Source: Candidatus Kapaibacterium sp.
Lineage (GTDB): Bacteria; Bacteroidota; Ignavibacteria; Kapaibacteriales; Kapaibacteriaceae
Direction: 5' to 3'
Assembly (NCBI GenBank): GCA_018882895.1
Contig: VERF01000003.1
Span: 854 to 64,853 of the forward strand
DNA: 64,000 nt
Shown: positions 57,776 through 64,000 of the stretch, piece after piece
How the letters are laid out: each line of letters starts with the position of its first letter
Numbering within the stretch: the first letter of the stretch is position 1
Notes under the pieces: model-generated
Databases searched by the model: none
What the model saw: only the letters and a program-made list of their open reading frames with translations
Told to the model about the DNA's origin: nothing
Program-made: the position numbers and the translations under genes

Positions 57776-60207
57776 AGTACTATATCACTTGCCTTTTGGC
57801 GTGCGTTTACTTCCTAAACGCCGACCACGTCTGTGCTCAGGGCCGTGAACCGGACCTTTGGTGGAGCGGTATAGCGCCGAGGACGGTGTTTCATCATCCT
57901 TTATGGGGATATGTTGCACTCTTCGAATTCAATGGCCTCTATAGCGGTCAATCGCTGTCCGATATGAAGCCGGTACTCCCGGAAGCAAACTGGGATCGAA
58001 TCAAGGCTTTGCCGAACATGGCCATTCTTAGCAGTGGCGTTTGGGTGGTAGCCGGAGGAACACCTCCACGGGAGACACCGGGCAGTATTTTTCGCTTCAC
58101 ACCGGGAAAGACACCCGAACTCCTCACCGGTGCCGACCTGGATTCATCAATTATACTTGGGGGCGGCATCGACTATGGCGTGATTTGTCGGTCCTTTGAG
58201 CCAGATGGTTTTGTCCTCAGTCGCCTGTATTCGACGAATAGTGGTGCCAGCTGGCACTACGGCCAGTGGCCAGACTCGGTGGAATCAGGATCGTGGGGCT
58301 TTGTCAATCGCCTGCCTGATCTTGGATTCGTAGCCTTATACGAGCGAGATACGTCCTGGCATCGATTGGAGTTGCCTTCGAAACGATGGCTGAAAACAAA
58401 CCAGATTCCAGGGTCCTGCAGGGAGCTCACCCCGTTACGGAATGGCTCTGTCGTAGCAGTTATGGAGACGAGTCGTGACGTCTACACTGGAGTCGCGGTA
58501 CGACCAAGTGGCTCTCAAGAGTGGTCCTTTCATCGGGATGTGCGCATACGCAACATGAAGGATTCCCTGCGTCCGATCTGGCGTTTAAGACAGGAACGAG
58601 AGCCAGTTTTTCACGTGATCAATGACTCACTCGCAGCTATGGCAATGGACAGCGGGATCATCGTTTTTTCTGATGGTCGGGATGTGTGGTCAGTGAAAAT
58701 GGATATCCCGAAACAACTGCGATATGTTGGCAAGGTTAGGACATCTGTCAGTGTTGTAGGCGAAACGATCTACATGAGTTACACCGATGGCATGAGCCCT
58801 TCACACGTGACCTATCACGTTACGTCGGGCAAGACGAAGATTCTTTCACGACTCCCACCGATGCAAATGGCCAACAACATGATCATTGGCTATCACTCGA
58901 ACAGCCTGCGCATCTATGAACCTGAGGAAGATCTACTGCGTCCAATTCTCAGAGCGCGCGGTGCCGGAGACGAACCGATTTTCCCATTTTCATTTTCGTC
59001 TCTCGTGCCTCACGATGGGGCGATATACACACACAATCAAAACGGGGAGGTTTTGTCTGTTAACATCCGAGATAGGACCGCACAGTTTGCACCGTGGCTT
59101 CCTACGGAATTTCCGTCAACGTCCCGGGCGCAGCATGAGATTGGCACCCAACCATGTGTGTCGACTCCTGCCGGGCTCATGCTGATCGGAAGACGTGGAC
59201 TTCGCCGCTTGAATGGTCGGGTAGCAACGAACCTACGACCCGATAGCACTTCCTTTGTCTATGCTACCGACGATAAGACATTACTCAGCGGATACAGGAG
59301 CCTGTTCATGTCGGTCGACTCCGGCGGAACGTGGAGTAGTGTACCCGGTCCGTTCGACAGCGCGAGTGTAAAGCCAGCGATCTCGTCATGTATTGTCAAC
59401 GGGCAGGCGATGATCGTTGCCTACCGTGGCTATGACGTGGAAAGTGATGGCGTTCCAGACGGTTTCGTCCCGGGTGGACTGTTTCGGTCTGTCAATGGAG
59501 GGTCTACTTGGGAGTCATTGCCGCTGCCTGTGCCGGCGCGCTGGGTCGAGTCACTCCATAGAACCGAGTCCGGAGAATTGTGGTGCTGGGCCATCGATCA
59601 ATATCTCGAGTGGTCGGGAACGAGTTCGAAGTTTCGCTACAATACCGGTTCTCTTCTTCGCTCGACTGATGACGGCAAGTCGTGGCAGGTTGTGCACTCA
59701 GAGGTTGGTTCTCAGACACTCAGAGATCTAGCCCCGTGGAATATCAGCTCACGTAGCGGGCAGGTCCTTGTCAATACGGACGCGCAGTTGTTGCTGACGG
59801 CTGATGGTGGCCGCACATGGAAGACGTTTGACGATATTCCTCTCGGCATGCCAGTCAACGGATCGCTGATCGATGATGCCGGACAGATATGGGCTGCGAC
59901 GAGCAAGGGAATCTATATTCTCAACGCAACGACAAGTGTCAATACTGAGTTGCTGAACAGTGCTTCGTCGATGGATCCATACGTTTGGCCAAACCCATCA
60001 GATGGCTCATTCACGATAAAGTGGTCTGGTTATCAGCAGGGCAGCGTTCCAGCGGTGATCGACGTTGTCGACAACCTTGGCCGGAGCATCACATATTCCA
60101 GCAGTCAAAACAGCATCGCGCTGCCTAATGCGTCTGCTGGTGTGTATTACCTGCGGTGGCGCGCAGGCTCCTCTGCCGGAGCGATTCCAGTGATGGTTCG
60201 CAAGTAG
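57760..60207 (+). CDS. Asp-box (BNR) beta-propeller protein with T9SS C-terminal domain (cassette A)
   Basis: GGAGGT 6 nt before the ATG. Signal peptide ...CLLACVYFLNADHVCAQ. Asp-boxes STNSGASW, SVDSGGTW, SVNGGSTW, STDDGKSW and TADGGRTW. CTD VWPNPSDGSFTI...GVYYLRW... Confidence 0.8.
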   Translation: MLLNVKYYITCLLACVYFLNADHVCAQGREPDLWWSGIAPRTVFHHPLWGYVALFEFNGLYSGQSLSDMKPVLPEANWDRIKALPNMAILSSGVWVVAGGTPPRETPGSIFRFTPGKTPELLTGADLDSSIILGGGIDYGVICRSFEPDGFVLSRLYSTNSGASWHYGQWPDSVESGSWGFVNRLPDLGFVALYERDTSWHRLELPSKRWLKTNQIPGSCRELTPLRNGSVVAVMETSRDVYTGVAVRPSGSQEWSFHRDVRIRNMKDSLRPIWRLRQEREPVFHVINDSLAAMAMDSGIIVFSDGRDVWSVKMDIPKQLRYVGKVRTSVSVVGETIYMSYTDGMSPSHVTYHVTSGKTKILSRLPPMQMANNMIIGYHSNSLRIYEPEEDLLRPILRARGAGDEPIFPFSFSSLVPHDGAIYTHNQNGEVLSVNIRDRTAQFAPWLPTEFPSTSRAQHEIGTQPCVSTPAGLMLIGRRGLRRLNGRVATNLRPDSTSFVYATDDKTLLSGYRSLFMSVDSGGTWSSVPGPFDSASVKPAISSCIVNGQAMIVAYRGYDVESDGVPDGFVPGGLFRSVNGGSTWESLPLPVPARWVESLHRTESGELWCWAIDQYLEWSGTSSKFRYNTGSLLRSTDDGKSWQVVHSEVGSQTLRDLAPWNISSRSGQVLVNTDAQLLLTADGGRTWKTFDDIPLGMPVNGSLIDDAGQIWAATSKGIYILNATTSVNTELLNSASSMDPYVWPNPSDGSFTIKWSGYQQGSVPAVIDVVDNLGRSITYSSSQNSIALPNASAGVYYLRWRAGSSAGAIPVMVRK

Positions 60208-60208
60208 C

Positions 60209-60340
60209 ATCAGGATGACTCAGCATCACCTCAGCTCGTTCACCGCCCGCTCTTCGGCTGGTATGCGGATTCTTGTCAGGATGAGATAGTTGAGTGCCGT
60301 GGCGATGATGGCTGTGAGGTATGCTCCGACAGAAAGGTGG
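60209..60340. repeat. direct repeat copy 1 (132 bp; 127/132 identical to 63560-63691)
   Basis: Manual alignment at a constant offset of 3351 nt. Mismatches at 60250, 60285, 60332, 60337 and 60338. Weaker similarity continues to about 60355. Confidence 0.9.
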
Positions 60341-60342
60341 AA
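60226..60342 (-). pseudogene. remnant of the last 38 codons of the ICMT-family methyltransferase gene
   Basis: In-frame reading FHLSVGAYLTAIIATALNYLILTRIRIPAEERAVNELR*, versus the intact ...FVGAYLTAIIATALNYFILTRIRIPAEDRAVNELR* at 63577. An upstream in-frame TGA at 60343-60345 closes the frame. Confidence 0.8.
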
Positions 60343-60383
60343 TCACGAAACAGTGTTGCTCGGGTTGATGCAGACGTTCCATC

Positions 60384-62981
60384 TCACCTCTGCACCATTA
60401 CCTTACACCACTCACTACCACCTGCATGTGACATGGCTATAAAATAGATGCCGGGTACGAGGTGTTCGACGGAAACATGCAGCTCCTGACGCGCTGGTGT
60501 TTGGGTGATCGAACTTGACAGATCAGATATCTGCTGACCATAGATGTTTAGAAGGGTTAGTTTCGGCTTACTCTTTGCGAGATGCGCATTGTTGATGCGA
60601 ATGGTGATCTGTCCATTTGCTGGAGTCGGGTAGGCCCACACCGATGTAAAAATGCCCTGGTCTTTTTCATCATCAACCGAGCTTGTAGTTGAGGTAAACG
60701 TATAGAGTCCTCTTTCCGTGGCCGCGTAGATCGTGCCGTTCTTGTCTGTATCAATGTCCTGTATGAAGTGGAAGTACAGTGGGGTTTCACCGAGGGTGTG
60801 CCACGTCAGCCCTGCATCGGTGCTCTCAAGCACGCCATCGTCGATGCTTGCGTACAGAACTCGTGTCTCTGACGTCGCGAGCAGTTCGCGGCGTCCCCAA
60901 AATGCTGGTCTTGATCGGGGCTCTTCATACACCATTGTCCAAGTCTGTCCTGCATCGGACGAACGCATGATAGTCGCACCTGTCTGGTTGTAACGATCCG
61001 TTTCATTATTGCCTGTATTGTTGGTATCGGCAAGAACCTGGCCCACCGCACAAAGCACAGTACTCTCGTCGAGCTTTGTGATGTACCAGATATACGACTG
61101 CCTTCCCATACCAACATCGCTTCGGGTCCAAGTATCACCATTATCGTCCGAGCGGTACAAACCTCCTGGACGCAGTATGGTCGTATCGGTGTCATCATCA
61201 CGATACAAGCCGCGGAAGCCTAGCAGCAGCGTGGAGGGCGACAAGCGCAAGATCTGCGATGTCTCCAATATCCTACCCTTGGAGTCGCGCGGCAGGCCCA
61301 CAGACTTAGCTGACGTCCACGTGTCTGCTCTATTCGAACTGAAATACACGCTGTCGGATACAGCAATCCACTCAGATGCGCTTGAGATTGAAAACGCTGA
61401 TGCCCTCACCGAACCAGCCCCAATGGGTTTTCGAATTTTTGTGTTAGGACCTTCTACGCTGATATGAGTTGAGTGAATGTATGTCGTGTCACCTATCAGT
61501 TGAATGGCAGGCCCCCCACGATCCACATGTTGTGGGTAGATGACGTTGAATTCATAGAACTGCGGGAAACCAAAAACGTGTCGCTGATACGTAGCTACTT
61601 CGGAATGATTCAAGCGAAAGAGAGACTGATGATCGCCCGAGATGATATGCGCTCCGGCATCGCCGGCCGATACCCGCTCTACACTCATAAAATGTGTGCC
61701 GAGTAATTTGAACTTCGATACCTCGAACAGGTCGGATGGTGCCGAAGGTAGTTGCCAGCTCTTACCGTTGTCTAAACTTCGATACAGACCTTTCGGTCCT
61801 AACCCAATGATAGTCAAGGAGTCCAACCGAATAACGGAACTCAGCGATGGCGCCAATGTGGTTAGTGTATCAATCGAACCTATATCGGTTGGAAGTTTGC
61901 ACACCAATCCGTCGTTAGCAATGAGTATATTGCCAGCACGATCCGTGTGGAAGGCTTCCCCCGCTGCGACATCGTTTAACAAACCTACATTACCTCGGTA
62001 ATACCAGTCAGCACCTCCGTTCGGCGTGGAAACAACGTCACCCGTGGACATAGCTACCGTGATGATGTCCGATTGCTGGCGCATCAGAAGTCCATTAAGC
62101 TCTTGGAATCTTCCTCGTAGAACCTTGCTAGAATTCACAAACACAAGACTATCAATCTCAACCCACGACGCTCCCTTATCTGTAGAGCGTGCAAGTACGC
62201 CGAACTTTAGTCCATTTGGCTGCTTTCTCTCAACCGAAGCGACAATTGTAGCTGAGTCGAAACAGCGATATGCAATGTGCCTGCCTGGCAGTGTAACGAC
62301 GTGAATACTTGACGTGATGGCGTCGTACTCGATAAAAACGCTATCACATGCTACAGAGAACACGCCCTTCCTTATCTCGAACAACGGTTCTGACAGATTC
62401 AAACCAAAAGATACAGGGGGAATCACAGTAGAATCCCAATCTCTTCCAAAGTTCTTTGAAGAATACAGATCTCTAAAGGTTGCGCGGAGTCCCACCAGGA
62501 CAACCATGGAATCAGACACTCCTACCCTCGGAGAAAGAGGGAGAACATTTTCAGATCCCAACGGCTTAAGCTCCCGCCAATTGTCGTCATTACGGTCATA
62601 CGCGAATATCCGATACTCGAAATTGGCGGTCTTGTCTTCGAAATGAAAGAGAACGTTGCAACCATTAGCAATAAGTTGCGTCCTTGGCCTATGATCTTGA
62701 AGGTTTTGCACGGGCATGTGGTGCCATGTGCCACCAGAATCCGTGCTACGCCATATACGTTCACCTGAAACTGCCCACAATTCCTTTGTGCACGTGTCAA
62801 TGACAATGCGGCGGGGCATACCTGAAACTCTTGAGGTATTGACGTAGGAGTACCAAGCCCGAAAGTCACGTTTCCATTCCTGAGCACGAAGGGGCGCCCC
62901 CTGCGTACACAACGCAACCAGCAATAGTATGGAGGCGCGTACTGTTAGAGTAAATCTACAGGAGACATGTGTGTTCATCAT
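60384..62981 (-). CDS. Asp-box (BNR) beta-propeller protein with T9SS C-terminal domain (cassette B)
   Basis: ATG-ATG at 62981/62978 gives MMNTHVSCRFTLTVRASILLLVALCTQGAPLRAQ (the ORF-track start 63014 is TTG). About 9 Asp-boxes (STDSGGTW, STDKGASW, SLDNGKSW, SDDNGDTW, SSDAGQTW, STDAGLTW...). CTD YPTPANGQITI...GIYFIAM... Confidence 0.8.
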   Translation of the reverse strand: MMNTHVSCRFTLTVRASILLLVALCTQGAPLRAQEWKRDFRAWYSYVNTSRVSGMPRRIVIDTCTKELWAVSGERIWRSTDSGGTWHHMPVQNLQDHRPRTQLIANGCNVLFHFEDKTANFEYRIFAYDRNDDNWRELKPLGSENVLPLSPRVGVSDSMVVLVGLRATFRDLYSSKNFGRDWDSTVIPPVSFGLNLSEPLFEIRKGVFSVACDSVFIEYDAITSSIHVVTLPGRHIAYRCFDSATIVASVERKQPNGLKFGVLARSTDKGASWVEIDSLVFVNSSKVLRGRFQELNGLLMRQQSDIITVAMSTGDVVSTPNGGADWYYRGNVGLLNDVAAGEAFHTDRAGNILIANDGLVCKLPTDIGSIDTLTTLAPSLSSVIRLDSLTIIGLGPKGLYRSLDNGKSWQLPSAPSDLFEVSKFKLLGTHFMSVERVSAGDAGAHIISGDHQSLFRLNHSEVATYQRHVFGFPQFYEFNVIYPQHVDRGGPAIQLIGDTTYIHSTHISVEGPNTKIRKPIGAGSVRASAFSISSASEWIAVSDSVYFSSNRADTWTSAKSVGLPRDSKGRILETSQILRLSPSTLLLGFRGLYRDDDTDTTILRPGGLYRSDDNGDTWTRSDVGMGRQSYIWYITKLDESTVLCAVGQVLADTNNTGNNETDRYNQTGATIMRSSDAGQTWTMVYEEPRSRPAFWGRRELLATSETRVLYASIDDGVLESTDAGLTWHTLGETPLYFHFIQDIDTDKNGTIYAATERGLYTFTSTTSSVDDEKDQGIFTSVWAYPTPANGQITIRINNAHLAKSKPKLTLLNIYGQQISDLSSSITQTPARQELHVSVEHLVPGIYFIAMSHAGGSEWCKVMVQR

Positions 62982-63418
62982 AAACTCTCTCGTTGGTGAC
63001 AACCGGACAGGCAAACAGTAACTCGCCTGCTCATTTCATGTACATCAAGGACAGACTTCACAGTCCGCATTGGGATCGAAAACACATCCATTGTCGGTAC
63101 ACTGGGACTCACACGTGCTGTAGGTGGCAGCGTTGTCCCAGATGGACATATCTTCTTTATCACGGTGTACTTATCTATCCCAGTATTTGTAGCACATGGT
63201 AACCCCAACTGCGGGGGGCTATATGTTTTGGTACAGTAGGTAACGTCAACATTGTAAGTAACTCCCATACTACAGAATGTTACGTTGATCGTTGCCTCTG
63301 CGCTACCACCCGGGCAGTCGGTACAGCCAGGTGTCTCGTTGGCAGATGCTCTCGTTGTCGCCCAAAGCAACATCAATAAACACAACCCTAATGCAAGCCG
63401 CGAAAAACAGTATCTCAT
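62978..63418 (-). CDS. secreted Cys-rich protein (cassette B), probably frameshifted near 63120-63150
   Basis: ATG at 63418: MRYCFSRLALGLCLLMLLWATTRASA, then NETPGCTDCPGG...FCSMGVTYNVDVTYCTKTYSPPQLGLPC...VIKKICPSG. After this point the -1 frame (to the stop at 63045) is the one that is Cys-rich and resembles the cassette-A tail. Confidence 0.5.
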   Translation of the reverse strand: MRYCFSRLALGLCLLMLLWATTRASANETPGCTDCPGGSAEATINVTFCSMGVTYNVDVTYCTKTYSPPQLGLPCATNTGIDKYTVIKKICPSGTTLPPTARVSPSVPTMDVFSIPMRTVKSVLDVHEMSRRVTVCLSGCHQRESL

Positions 63419-63490
63419 GATGTATCTGTCTGAATAATGAGGAAAAAAGTCACCGTGGAATATGGGGATTGATTCGTTATCGAACAATAT

Positions 63491-63524
63491 GAAAACTCCG
63501 GTCATTTTGCCCTTCGTACCGGAG
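63491..63524 (-). terminator. weak terminator-like hairpin downstream of the methyltransferase gene
   Basis: Minus strand: CTCCGGT-(15-nt loop)-ACCGGAG then TTTTC. Short stem and large loop. Confidence 0.3.
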
Positions 63525-63559
63525 CATGTTGACCCCCAATCGTCATTGGTCCTTCACAG

Positions 63560-63691
63560 ATCAGGATGACTCAGCATCACCTCAGCTCGTTCACCGCCCG
63601 GTCTTCGGCTGGTATGCGGATTCTTGTCAGGATGAAATAGTTGAGTGCCGTGGCGATGATGGCTGTGAGGTATGCTCCGACAAAAAGAGGG
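63560..63691. repeat. direct repeat copy 2 (3' end of the intact methyltransferase gene plus 17 nt downstream)
   Basis: See copy 1. Covers the stop codon at 63577-63579 and the last ~38 codons. Confidence 0.9.
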
Positions 63692-64000
63692 ATGACGAAG
63701 AACTCAACGAGCACGACAATGTAGTTCGGGTGCGAAACGTACCTGAAGGGTCCTGCCGTGACTCTTTCTGCGCCGGGCACCACGATAATGCGCGTGTTCC
63801 ACGCAGGACCCAGTGTGGAGATCGTCCAGTACCGCATGACCTGGGCTAAAGAGATCACCCCGACAAAGAACCACCACGGCTGCTGTATCTCGCCGCCGCG
63901 CAGGATGTGTTCGGTGATCCAGCCGATGAACCACGACACGTGCAATGCAACGATCAAAGGGTAGTGGCCGGCCCCGTACTCGCGACCGCCGCGAGCAAAG
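63577..64000 (-). CDS. isoprenylcysteine carboxyl methyltransferase (ICMT)-family membrane protein, 5' end beyond window
   Basis: ...GPFRYVSHPNYIVVLVEFFVIPL... is the ICMT/PEMT-type motif. The frame stays open to nt 64000 (…FARGGREYGAGHYPLIVALHV), and the ORF-track start 63957 is only an internal TTG. Confidence 0.75.
   Translation of the reverse strand, partial: FARGGREYGAGHYPLIVALHVSWFIGWITEHILRGGEIQQPWWFFVGVISLAQVMRYWTISTLGPAWNTRIIVVPGAERVTAGPFRYVSHPNYIVVLVEFFVIPLFVGAYLTAIIATALNYFILTRIRIPAEDRAVNELR

Noticed and set aside
60125-60382. 85-aa minus-strand ORF between the two propeller genes
   Set aside because: It is an out-of-frame reading across the duplicated methyltransferase 3' remnant and the end of the cassette-A gene. 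It is better explained as the repeat/pseudogene described above.
63419-63505. N-terminal extension (MTGVFILFDNES...) of the cassette-B Cys-rich ORF
   Set aside because: It has no signal-like properties and overlaps the hairpin at 63496-63524. The ATG at 63418 gives a canonical signal peptide.
63516-63524. 9-nt match (GTACCGGAG, the reverse complement of CTCCGGTAC) to the 3' acceptor end of tRNA(CAT), considered as a possible att site marking the far end of the islet
   Set aside because: It is only 9 nt, in inverted orientation, and forms part of a local hairpin. A chance match of this length is not unlikely in several kb. It is not evidence for tRNA-targeted integration.
1-64000. Search for CRISPR arrays, IS elements/transposases, integrases, reverse transcriptases (DGR or retron) and toxin-antitoxin pairs
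   Set aside because: I could not find tandem short repeats with spacers, terminal inverted repeats, or any ORF with recombinase, RT or toxin motifs. The only long repeat found is the 132-bp direct repeat reported above.

Overview
64-kb chromosomal window, on the order of 55% GC judging by a few hand-counted lines. It probably comes from an FCB-group bacterium (Bacteroidota/Ignavibacteriota/Chlorobiota-like): at least five proteins end in T9SS-type C-terminal sorting domains, and two transcription units carry a TAnnTTTG-type -7 box. Gene density is high and there are no large unannotated gaps. I found no CRISPR array, IS element, integrase or reverse transcriptase.

Housekeeping genes: nth (3' fragment), rluE, a System I cytochrome c maturation cluster (ccmC, ccmD-like, ccmE, truncated ccmE paralog, ccmF), queA, M32 carboxypeptidase, uvrB, uvrA, mrdA (PBP2), truA, msrB, etfBA, tRNA-Thr(CGT) and tRNA-Met/Ile2(CAT).

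Envelope and secretion loci:
1. 207-11730: two paralogous double-OmpA_C proteins flank a 1447-aa VWA+WD40+T9SS cargo, followed by a GT4 and an IgGFc-binding-like protein.
2. 36933-46527: a seven-gene efflux operon, tolC-tetR-devBCA-like-MFP-RND.
3. 49682-54470: an ABC/HlyD/TolC type-I-secretion-like trio. Every catalytic motif of its ATPase domain is degenerate except Walker A and the Walker B Asp.
4. 56910-63691: a tRNA-flanked islet and the best candidate for something undescribed. It holds two inverted copies of a two-gene cassette (Cys-rich secreted protein, then an Asp-box beta-propeller T9SS cargo). One copy is bracketed by a 132-bp direct repeat that duplicates the 3' end of the neighbouring methyltransferase gene. 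Both Cys-rich genes need a -1 frame change to match each other.

Functional calls rest on motifs I read in the translations. No database search was possible.
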